This document shows, in pieces, positions 8,348-16,164 of a stretch of DNA of 64,000 nt. The stretch is taken from the NCBI GenBank assembly GCA_026415035.1, contig JAOAHX010000008.1, forward strand, positions 16,270 through 80,269. Reading direction: 5' to 3'. The notes under the pieces were generated by a model. It was not told where the DNA came from, made no database searches, and worked only from the letters and a program-made list of their open reading frames with translations. The stretch's first letter is position 1, and each line of letters begins with the position of its first letter. The stretch is from Thermodesulfobacteriota bacterium (GTDB lineage: Bacteria > Desulfobacterota > BSN033 > UBA1163). The position numbers were made by a program, and so were the translations under genes.

Positions 8348-9913
8348 ATGTCCATTCCCTCACTCCCCTTCAAGGTCCTGGCCTTGGGCCCTTTTGTCCC
8401 CTCGGGAGAGGAGGTCATGTTTCGGGACCCGATTCGGGTCGATCCCGAGCAGCCCGATCAGGCCATCGAAGCCCTCCATCTCCAGCTTTCCATCGCCCTT
8501 CCCGGGAACCTCTGCGCCTGGGATCGACTTGCTTTCCCTATCCGGAGGTTAAAGGACTTCCACCCAGACTCCCTCCTCGAACACCATTCCTCTCTCAAGA
8601 ATCTCCTCGATGCGAAAAGGCTCGTTCACACCTCGAAGGCCCAGGGACTGCCTGACGAAGAGGTCTATCGCCAACTCCAAAACTGGCCAGACCTTCCATT
8701 CGACCTCCGCCCTCCTCCCTCCCGGACCCAGGAACACGCCTCAAGCCCGGTGGACCGTCTCTTAGAGATGGTCGCCATGCCCGGGGAGGAAACTGCCTCC
8801 CCGGCAGCCGCTGTGCCTCTTTCAACCCAGATCGATTCATTCCTCCAACAGGTCTTGAGGCAGATCTTCTCCGACCCCGAATTCCGAAAGGTAGAATCGA
8901 CTCACCAAGGCCTCCACTTCCTCCTGAGGCAAGCCAAATCGGAGAAGGAGGTCGCTTTCGAAATCCTCCCGGTCTCCTTTGAAACCCTTGAGGAGATCCT
9001 CGATCATCTCACCCTCTCGAAGCTCGACGACCTGCCCTCCCTGGTCATTCTCGACCTCCCCTTTGACCACTCGATGAGGAAATTGGAACTCCTTGAAAAA
9101 GTGGCCCTCTTTTCCGAAACCCTCCTCGTCCCCACGCTCTGCTGGGTGAGCCCCAAATTTCTCTTTCTCGAACGTTGGGAGGAGATGGACAAGCTCCCGT
9201 TCCTCCCCCACTATATCGATGAGCCCGCTTTTGCCAAATGGCGACGCCTGAGAGGGCTCACCTCCTCGAGATGGATCGGCCTTTTCTGCAATCGATTTTT
9301 GATCCGATATCCCTATGGCCCGGACAATCGGGTGCGATCCCTGCCCTTCACCGAATCTGATCCCCTTTGGATCTCTCCCGTATGGGCTGCCGCCAGCCTC
9401 ATCCTCCTCAGCCATCTCCAATTCGGCTGGCCCACCCGATTCACCGACTGGCAGAGCCTTCGGTTGACCGATTTAGCCACCCATCTCATAGGGAACGACC
9501 GGGGGATTGCGACCGAGGCCGATTTCGGTGACGAGAGGATCGACCAGCTGATCCGGATCGGGATCATTCCGCTGGCCTCGTTTCTGAACCGAGACATTGC
9601 CTTTATTCCCCGTGAGACAACGGCTGGAGGAACGGCCTTGAGCTGGCAACTCTTCCTCTCCAGGACCTCTCAATTCCTACTCGGGTGCCGGGATCATCTC
9701 GGATCGGATCTCTCTCCCTCCACCCTCGAAGAGAAGCTGAGGGAGGCCTTCCTTCGGTTCTATGAACGATCTGGCCGCCAGTTTCCCCAATCCCTTGAAA
9801 TCACAGCGAAGCGACCGGCCCCTGGAGAGCCTATCCAATTGAGAATTCGAATCGACCCCCCCAAACAGATTTTACCTTCAGGAGAGAGACTCGAGCTGGA
9901 ATTGCGCTGGTGA
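8348..9913 (+). CDS. 521-aa protein with a TssB(VipA/ImpB)-like N-terminal region fused to an uncharacterized ~390-aa C-terminal region
   Basis: N-terminal LPFKVLALGPF..., LHLQLSIALPGNL and PIRRLKDFHPDSLLEHHSSLKNLLDAKRL parallel the TssB family motifs LPLKLLVLGDF, RLSLSVP and FRSLKDFSPDAV...ELRKLLELR. The C-terminal region has no motif I can name. A GGAGG RBS precedes the ATG. Confidence 0.6.
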   Translation: MSIPSLPFKVLALGPFVPSGEEVMFRDPIRVDPEQPDQAIEALHLQLSIALPGNLCAWDRLAFPIRRLKDFHPDSLLEHHSSLKNLLDAKRLVHTSKAQGLPDEEVYRQLQNWPDLPFDLRPPPSRTQEHASSPVDRLLEMVAMPGEETASPAAAVPLSTQIDSFLQQVLRQIFSDPEFRKVESTHQGLHFLLRQAKSEKEVAFEILPVSFETLEEILDHLTLSKLDDLPSLVILDLPFDHSMRKLELLEKVALFSETLLVPTLCWVSPKFLFLERWEEMDKLPFLPHYIDEPAFAKWRRLRGLTSSRWIGLFCNRFLIRYPYGPDNRVRSLPFTESDPLWISPVWAAASLILLSHLQFGWPTRFTDWQSLRLTDLATHLIGNDRGIATEADFGDERIDQLIRIGIIPLASFLNRDIAFIPRETTAGGTALSWQLFLSRTSQFLLGCRDHLGSDLSPSTLEEKLREAFLRFYERSGRQFPQSLEITAKRPAPGEPIQLRIRIDPPKQILPSGERLELELRW

Positions 9914-9974
9914 AGGGGATTGTGATCCCAAGTTTGACACCCCATCGGGCCATGTGATATAAATTTCTATAGGC

Positions 9975-10130
9975 ATTCAGGAGAGGGAACCCCGTGAGAG
10001 TCGGGGACGGCCACGCCGCTGTGATCGGGGACGAAACCTGCCGAAGACCACTGGTCTTTGAATAAAAGACTGGGAAGGGGCAGGGAGGCCCAAAGGACGT
10101 TGGGCCGAGTAGGTCGATCCGTCAGTCAGA
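9975..10130 (+). promoter_or_regulatory. cobalamin (B12) riboswitch aptamer
   Basis: GGGAACCCCGTGAGAGTCGGGGACGGCCACGCCGCTGTGA matches the GGGAAnnnGGUGnAAnUCC...CCCGCCaCUGU core. ACCACTGG ... GGGAAGGGGC matches the B12 box. The 3' element is CAGTCAGAAAACCTGCC. It lies upstream of tonB and the B12-type ABC importer. Confidence 0.75.
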
Positions 10131-10202
10131 AAACCTGCCTGGATGCGCTTCACGCATAGGTCTTCGGTGGAAGGCTGTGAAGGGTCATTTAAAATAAAAA
10201 AA

Positions 10203-10234
10203 CCCGCTCTTTCTTCCGAAGAGCGGGTTTTTTT
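10203..10234 (+). terminator. intrinsic terminator (riboswitch expression platform)
   Basis: Stem CCCGCTCTT, loop TCTTCCG, stem AAGAGCGGG, followed by TTTTTTT. Located between the aptamer and the tonB start codon. Confidence 0.7.
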
Positions 10235-10256
10235 ATGCCACCTTAGAATTCGCAAC

Positions 10257-11042
10257 ATGGAGCGCTCCTCCATAGTTAAACGCTTCTTACCCCTATCGTT
10301 GGGAACCCACCTCTTCTTCGTGGGTCTCCTTTCCCTCATCACGCAGGAGGGGAAAGCCCCGACCTTCTCCAAGGTCAACTTGGAGGTCTCCTTTCTGCAG
10401 GAGGCCAAAGAGGAACGAAGAACGCCCGAAGGCGGAAAAGTCGAAAGGACCCTCAAGCGTTCCGAAAGGAGAGGAGAGGAATTGGGCGAGAAGGGGCGAG
10501 AACGAACTCTGGAGGAGAGGGAGGATAAATGGCAGGACCACCCGACAGAGGTTCCTCCACTTCCCCTACCTGCTCAGACCGAGGCCGTTGCCTTGTCTTT
10601 AAACCTCACCCCGTCTCTCCCGATCGAAGGGGAGATACCGAAGAAAGAGGAGAACCATTCCGAGAGGGTTCTGGTCGCCTCCCCCGGAAGCGTTGTTTCT
10701 CCAACCGACATGGGAAACCCCTCCGACGGCCTAATGAAGCGATCCCCTTCCCTCCCAGCAAATGAGCCTGTCCTGATCCAACCCCGATACGCCAGCAATC
10801 CAAAACCCCCTTATCCCAAAGAGGCAAAGAGACTGGGCTTCGAGGGCGAGGTTCTTCTCAGAGTGGAGGTCCTCTCCAATGGCAGGGTAGGAGAGATCGA
10901 GGTGAAGCGTTCCTCTGGATATAAGATCCTGGATCAATCGGCAGTGGCTGCGGTCAAGGAATGGAGGTTTATCCCGGCCAGGATGGGCGAAACCCCTGTC
11001 TCCGTATGGGTCAACATCCCTGTGCTCTTTAGGCTTCGATGA
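10257..11042 (+). CDS. tonB: TonB-family energy transducer
   Basis: N-terminal TM anchor, Pro/Glu/Lys-rich spacer, C-terminal PPYPKEAKRLGFEGEVLLRVEVLSNGRVGEIEVKRSSGYKILDQSAVAAVKEWRF (TonB C-terminal domain). Start chosen at the ATG after the terminator (10257); the ORF track extends to 10143. Confidence 0.75.
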   Translation: MERSSIVKRFLPLSLGTHLFFVGLLSLITQEGKAPTFSKVNLEVSFLQEAKEERRTPEGGKVERTLKRSERRGEELGEKGRERTLEEREDKWQDHPTEVPPLPLPAQTEAVALSLNLTPSLPIEGEIPKKEENHSERVLVASPGSVVSPTDMGNPSDGLMKRSPSLPANEPVLIQPRYASNPKPPYPKEAKRLGFEGEVLLRVEVLSNGRVGEIEVKRSSGYKILDQSAVAAVKEWRFIPARMGETPVSVWVNIPVLFRLR

Positions 11043-11977
11043 AAAGATTTTGCATCTCTCTTACAAAGATTTGGGCCACGTTTTGGCCAATCGCCCTCCT
11101 CTTCTCGCCCCTCCTCGCCGCTTCGGTCTCCTATCCCGCGACCCTCACCTTCAGGGACGAAGTGGGAAGGGAGGTGGCCCTTCCTTTTCCTCCTCGGAGG
11201 ATCGTCTCCCTTGCCCCCAACATCACCGAAATCCTCTTCAGCCTCGGCCTTGATGAGGAGGTGGTCGGGGTTTCGATCCACTGTAATTATCCGGAAAAGG
11301 CGAAGACCAAGGCGAGGGTGGGAAGTTATATCCAGATCGACGTCGAAAGAGTGCTCTCGCTAAGGCCAGACCTGATCATCGCCACTGGCGCGGGAAACCC
11401 AAAGGAGGTCGTGGAACGTCTCGAACGGTTGGGGATCCCTTCTTTCGTCATCTTTCCAAAGAGGGTGGACGATGTCTTTCAGAGTATCCGCCATGTGGGT
11501 CAGGTGGTAGGAAGGGAGAAAGAGGCGCTTCACCTCATCCGGTCCCTGCAGAAGAGGAAGGAGAAGGTGGTGGCGGCGACCCAAGGACTTCCCCGGCCAC
11601 GGGTCTTTCTCCAGATCGGGGAACAGCCCATCGTGACGGTTGGAAAAGGAAGTTTTGGAGACGACCTCATCCGCCTCGCCGGGGGGGAGAACGTTGCAGG
11701 AGAGGACCGCGAGGCCTATCCCAGATGGGGCATGGAGGAGATCCTGAGGAGATCTCCGGAGGTGATCCTCATCAGCTCCATGAACCCGAAGGGAAACTAT
11801 CAAAAGGCCCTTCAGGACTGGGAGCGCTGGAAGACGATCCCTGCGGTCCGGACAAAGAGGGTCCACCTGATCGACTCCGACCTGATCGATCGACCCTCCC
11901 CGAGGATCGTAGAGGGCCTGGAGGAGATGGCAAAGGCCATCCATCCGAACCGGTTCCCCAAAACGATCCCTCCATAG
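11039..11977 (+). CDS. periplasmic binding protein of cobalamin/siderophore ABC importer (BtuF-like)
   Basis: Signal peptide. RIVSLAPNITEILFSLGLDEEVVGVS is typical of the BtuF/FhuD PBP family. Overlaps tonB by 4 nt (translational coupling). Confidence 0.75.
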   Translation: MKRFCISLTKIWATFWPIALLFSPLLAASVSYPATLTFRDEVGREVALPFPPRRIVSLAPNITEILFSLGLDEEVVGVSIHCNYPEKAKTKARVGSYIQIDVERVLSLRPDLIIATGAGNPKEVVERLERLGIPSFVIFPKRVDDVFQSIRHVGQVVGREKEALHLIRSLQKRKEKVVAATQGLPRPRVFLQIGEQPIVTVGKGSFGDDLIRLAGGENVAGEDREAYPRWGMEEILRRSPEVILISSMNPKGNYQKALQDWERWKTIPAVRTKRVHLIDSDLIDRPSPRIVEGLEEMAKAIHPNRFPKTIPP

Positions 11978-12009
11978 CCCTTCCAAGAAGTTGGCTCGGA
12001 TAGAGACCG

Positions 12010-13074
12010 ATGGTTTTCTCCGATAATCGCCAAAAGATCCCATTGAACGTCCTTCGGCCTAAAAAAGTGATCTCGATCTGCGCTATCCTCACCCTCCTCC
12101 TGATGGCCATCGTCCTCACTTCGGTCATGGTGGGTAGCGTCAAGCTCGACCCACGGCGCAGCCTTTCCATCCTTGTCGAATCATTTTGGGGCCGTCCGGG
12201 GGAGGGGACAGAGACCGAGGCCGCAATCCTCCTCTCCATCCGTCTCCCCAGGGTGCTGCTCGCAGCGGGGGTGGGAGCCGGGCTCTCTCTTTCGGGCGCC
12301 ATCTTCCAGGCCCTTCTGAGAAACCCTTTGGCCGATCCCTATATCCTCGGCGTATCGAGCGGCTCGGCCGTGGGAGCGATCCTCGCCATCCTCCTCGGTT
12401 GGGGGAGCCTCTCCTTCGGACTCCCCCTGGCCTCCTTTGCCGGAGCGGTCCTCACGATCGGCCTCGTCTTCCAGTTTGGAAAGCAGGATGGCCGGATCCA
12501 TCCCAATACCCTTCTGCTGGCCGGTGTGATTACAGGGTCGTTTCTTTCGGCCCTCATCATGTTCTTCCTCTCCATCTCGCAGAGGGAGGAGCTTAGAACG
12601 ATCGTCTTTTGGTTAATGGGAGACTTTAGTTTCACTCATCCTCGGTCGCCCCTCATCATCCTGCCTTATCTCGCCATAGGCTTTTTCATCCTTTACCGGC
12701 GGTCACGCCAGCTCAATCTAATCCTTTCGGGCGAGGAAAGCGCCCTCCAATTGGGGGTGGAGGTGGAGCGATTGAAGGTCATCTCCTATCTCTGCGCCTC
12801 CTTGATCACCGCAGCCTCCGTCTCCCTCTGCGGTCTCATCGGATTTGTCGGGCTGATCATCCCCCATGCCACCCGGCTCCTTTTCGGTCCAGACCACAGG
12901 CTCTTGCTTCCTGCCTCTGGCCTGATCGGAGCTTCCTATCTCATCCTCTGCGATACGTTGGCGAGGACGATTCTCTCTCCCGTGGAACTCCCCGTTGGGG
13001 TGATCACCGCGGCCTTCGGCGGGCCCTTCTTTCTTTACCTTCTCAGGAGAAGCGTGGGGGTGAGGCCCCTATGA
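12010..13074 (+). CDS. FecCD/BtuC-family ABC permease
   Basis: Polytopic membrane protein with the FecCD signature region (LLAGVITGSFLSALIMFFL, GLIGFVGLIIPH). Confidence 0.85.
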   Translation: MVFSDNRQKIPLNVLRPKKVISICAILTLLLMAIVLTSVMVGSVKLDPRRSLSILVESFWGRPGEGTETEAAILLSIRLPRVLLAAGVGAGLSLSGAIFQALLRNPLADPYILGVSSGSAVGAILAILLGWGSLSFGLPLASFAGAVLTIGLVFQFGKQDGRIHPNTLLLAGVITGSFLSALIMFFLSISQREELRTIVFWLMGDFSFTHPRSPLIILPYLAIGFFILYRRSRQLNLILSGEESALQLGVEVERLKVISYLCASLITAASVSLCGLIGFVGLIIPHATRLLFGPDHRLLLPASGLIGASYLILCDTLARTILSPVELPVGVITAAFGGPFFLYLLRRSVGVRPL

Positions 13075-13850
13075 TCGACCTCCGCTCAATCGCTTTTCGC
13101 TACCGCAAGGATTGGGTCCTTGAGGAGATCTCTTTCCGGATCGAAAAGGGTGAATTTCTCGGCGTAATCGGTCCCAACGGCTCGGGAAAGAGCACCCTGC
13201 TGAAGCTCCTCTGCCGCGTCCTCACCCCACAGCGGGGCGAGGTCCTCATCAATTCCATCCCCTTGAGGGAGATGGGGCGCAGAGAGATTGCCCGGAGGAT
13301 CGCGGTGGTCCCCCAGGAGACGTATTCCCTATTTCCCTTCCGTGTGATAGAAATAGTGCTGATGGGGCGTTCTCCCTATATCAACCATCTCCTCTTCGAG
13401 AGCCCAGGGGATCTGGAGATTGCCAAAAGGGCGATGGAGTGGACCGAAACCCTCCCGGTTCAGAACCGGTTGATCGATGAGCTTTCGGGCGGCGAACGAA
13501 AGCGGGTCTTCATCGCCAGGGCCCTCGCCCAGGAACCGGAGGTGATCCTTCTTGACGAACCCACGGCCAACCTCGACATCCATCACCAGGCCGATTTTCT
13601 AAACCTCCTCCTCGCCCTCAACCGGGAAAGAGGCCTGACGATCGTCATGGCCCTCCACGACCTGAATATCGCTTCCGAATATTGCGATCGGCTCGTGCTT
13701 CTCCGGAACGGAAAGATTTACAACATGGGCCATCCTGCCGAAGTGATCACCCGGGAGGCGATCGAAGAGGTTTATGGCTGTGAGGTATGGGTGGACGAGC
13801 ATCCCGTCTCCCGAAAGCCGAGGGTCACCCTGCTGAGACCTCGACATTGA
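13071..13850 (+). CDS. ABC transporter ATP-binding protein (BtuD/FepC-like)
   Basis: Walker A GPNGSGKST, signature LSGGERKRV, Walker B ILLDEPTANLD. Overlaps the permease gene by 4 nt. Confidence 0.9.
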   Translation: MIDLRSIAFRYRKDWVLEEISFRIEKGEFLGVIGPNGSGKSTLLKLLCRVLTPQRGEVLINSIPLREMGRREIARRIAVVPQETYSLFPFRVIEIVLMGRSPYINHLLFESPGDLEIAKRAMEWTETLPVQNRLIDELSGGERKRVFIARALAQEPEVILLDEPTANLDIHHQADFLNLLLALNRERGLTIVMALHDLNIASEYCDRLVLLRNGKIYNMGHPAEVITREAIEEVYGCEVWVDEHPVSRKPRVTLLRPRH

Positions 13851-13909
13851 AAGGGTCTGAGCCTCTCTCGGTTGGGCCACCTCGTTCCAAAGGGGAATCG
13901 AGCGGTCTG

Positions 13910-15115
13910 ATGGAACTCTCAAAAGAGATCGAAAGGGCGGAAGAAAAGGTGCGAAAGGTCGTCCTCCGGACGCCGATCATCCATTCCGAGACCCTCTCCA
14001 AGATGACCGGAAAAGAGGTCTACCTCAAATTGGAGAATCTCCAGAAGACCGGCTCCTTTAAGATCCGGGGGGCCTATTACAAACTGTCCTGCCTGGCCGA
14101 TTCGAGCCGGTCGAATCAGGTGGTGGCCGCCTCGGCCGGAAATCATGCCCAGGGCGTCGCTTATGCCTCATCCCTTCTGGGGATGCATTCGACGATCGTG
14201 ATGCCCTTTGGGGCCTCTCTTGCCAAGCAGGTGGCCACAAAAGCCTATGGCGGAGAGGTCGTCCTTTTCGGCCGGGATACCGACGAGGCCCTCGCCCACG
14301 CCCGGGAGATGGCGAAGGCGGGGAGGGTTCTCATCCACCCCTTCGACGACGAAGAGGTGATCGCGGGCCAGGGGACGATCGGCCTGGAGATCCTCGAGGA
14401 TCTCCCGGAGGTGGAAGGGATCGTCGTCCCCGTGGGCGGAGGAGGATTGATCTCGGGGATTGCCACGATCGTCAAGGAGCGAAGGCCCCGGGTGACGGTC
14501 ATCGGGGTGCAGGCCAACCATGCCCCTGGGGCTTACCGGTCCCTCAAACGGGGGAAGATCATAGAGGCGAAGGTAAAACCGACGCTGGCCGACGGGATCG
14601 CCGTGGGAAGGATCGGGGAGATCGCCTTTCCCATCCTTCAGCAGAAGGTCGATGCGATGGTCCTGGTCAGCGAAGAGGAGATCGCCTCGGCCATCCTCCT
14701 TTTGATGGAGAGGAAACGGATCGTGGCCGAAGGGGCGGGCGCCGCAACCCTTGCCGCCCTCCTGTCTCATAGGGCCCGGATCAAACCCCGACGCGTGGTC
14801 TTGGTGATCAGCGGAGGCAATATCGACCTCCACCTTCTCGATCGGATCCTCGAGAAAGGGCTGAGCCGCACCGGCAGGATGGCACGGTTCCAGGTCCTTC
14901 TGAGGGACGTCCCGGGGGCGCTGGCCGAATTGACAGGCGAGATCGCCCGACATCAGGCCAACATTCTCCATATCGTCCATGAGCGGGCTGCCCGGGACAT
15001 CCCCATCGGATTCTCAAAGGTGATTCTCATCCTCGAAACCCGCGGCCCGCAACACATCCAGGAGCTGAAGAGGGGGTTAGAAAGAAAGGGCTATCTTCTC
15101 CCTCCTCCGGGTTGA
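13910..15115 (+). CDS. ilvA: threonine dehydratase (PLP-dependent, with C-terminal regulatory ACT-like domain)
   Basis: LKLENLQKTGSFKIRGA carries the PLP lysine motif. SAGNHAQGVA and the Gly-rich GGGGL loop are present. C-terminal ~80 aa is ACT-like. Start placed at MELSKEI (13910) rather than the upstream in-frame extension. Confidence 0.85.
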   Translation: MELSKEIERAEEKVRKVVLRTPIIHSETLSKMTGKEVYLKLENLQKTGSFKIRGAYYKLSCLADSSRSNQVVAASAGNHAQGVAYASSLLGMHSTIVMPFGASLAKQVATKAYGGEVVLFGRDTDEALAHAREMAKAGRVLIHPFDDEEVIAGQGTIGLEILEDLPEVEGIVVPVGGGGLISGIATIVKERRPRVTVIGVQANHAPGAYRSLKRGKIIEAKVKPTLADGIAVGRIGEIAFPILQQKVDAMVLVSEEEIASAILLLMERKRIVAEGAGAATLAALLSHRARIKPRRVVLVISGGNIDLHLLDRILEKGLSRTGRMARFQVLLRDVPGALAELTGEIARHQANILHIVHERAARDIPIGFSKVILILETRGPQHIQELKRGLERKGYLLPPPG

Positions 15116-15178
15116 CCCAATCAGGGGGTTTACAAATTTAAGAATAGGTTGTAGGATGATTTTGACGAGGGGAACTCT

Positions 15179-16138
15179 ATGGCGGAAGCAGAACATACCT
15201 TGGCGGTCTTCATCGATTTCGAAAACCTCGCCCTCGGGTTCAAGGGGAAGAAGGAGAAACGCTTCGACATCCAGAAGGTCCTCGAACGGCTGGTCGAGAA
15301 GGGGAAGATCATCGTGAAGAAGGCCTACGCCGACTGGGCGGAATATGCCGAATATAAGAAGCCCCTCCACGAGGCGGCCATCGAGTTGATCGAGATTCCG
15401 AAGCGCTCGATGAGCGGAAAGAATTCGGCCGACATCCGGCTCTGCGTCGATGCCATCGACCTCTGTTATTCCAAGGAACACATCGACACCTTCGTCATCG
15501 TCTCGGGCGACAGCGACTTCTCGCCCTTGGTCTCCAAACTGAAGGAGAACGGGAAGCGGGTCATCGGGCTGGGGATGAAGGAGTCAAGCTCCAACCTCTT
15601 GATCGACAACTGCGACGAGTTTATCTACTACGAAGACCTGGAGCGTTCCATCGGGACCCCTCCCAAGATCGAGAAGGACCTTCCCGAGAAGAAGAAGGAG
15701 GCCTTTCAACTCCTGGTCGATTCCGTCCTTGCCCTGGTCCGTGAGAATAAGGAGGTCCTCTGGTCTTCGCTTGTCAAGGAGACGATGAAGCGGAAGAAGC
15801 CCTCCTTCAACGAGTCCTACCACGGCTACCGGACCTTCAGTGATCTCCTCGAGGATGCGGAAAAGGAGGGGATCGTTCGTCTGAGGACCGACGCCCGCAG
15901 CGGCACCTATGTCATCGTCGGCTTCGGAAAGGAGGAGAAGAAGGAACCGCCTGCGGAATCGACAGAGAAGAAATCCCCGAAGGAGCGGAAGGCTCAGAGG
16001 TCCAGGTGGCGGTCCCGGCAGAAGAAAACAAACGCCGTTTCGGTGACGATGCCCTTAGACTCCGACCATCCTCCGTTGGAGACCCCAGATTACTCCGAAG
16101 GGGAGGAAACGGTCTTCGACCTCAAAGGTCAGGTCTGA
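15179..16138 (+). CDS. NYN-domain (LabA-like) protein with C-terminal OST-HTH/LOTUS-like domain
   Basis: LAVFIDFENL ... IVSGDSDFSPLVSKLKENGKRVIGLG is the NYN/LabA nuclease-fold signature. A C-terminal helical domain precedes a basic tail. Confidence 0.7.
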   Translation: MAEAEHTLAVFIDFENLALGFKGKKEKRFDIQKVLERLVEKGKIIVKKAYADWAEYAEYKKPLHEAAIELIEIPKRSMSGKNSADIRLCVDAIDLCYSKEHIDTFVIVSGDSDFSPLVSKLKENGKRVIGLGMKESSSNLLIDNCDEFIYYEDLERSIGTPPKIEKDLPEKKKEAFQLLVDSVLALVRENKEVLWSSLVKETMKRKKPSFNESYHGYRTFSDLLEDAEKEGIVRLRTDARSGTYVIVGFGKEEKKEPPAESTEKKSPKERKAQRSRWRSRQKKTNAVSVTMPLDSDHPPLETPDYSEGEETVFDLKGQV

Positions 16139-16164
16139 CCTCTCCGCGTCACGAGAAAACCTCG

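Noticed and set aside
9977-10456. 159-aa - strand ORF and 10143-10256 N-terminal extension of the tonB ORF
   Set aside because: Both cover the riboswitch aptamer and terminator. tonB more plausibly starts at the ATG after the terminator (10257).
14168-14980. 270-aa - strand ORF
   Set aside because: Antisense to ilvA.
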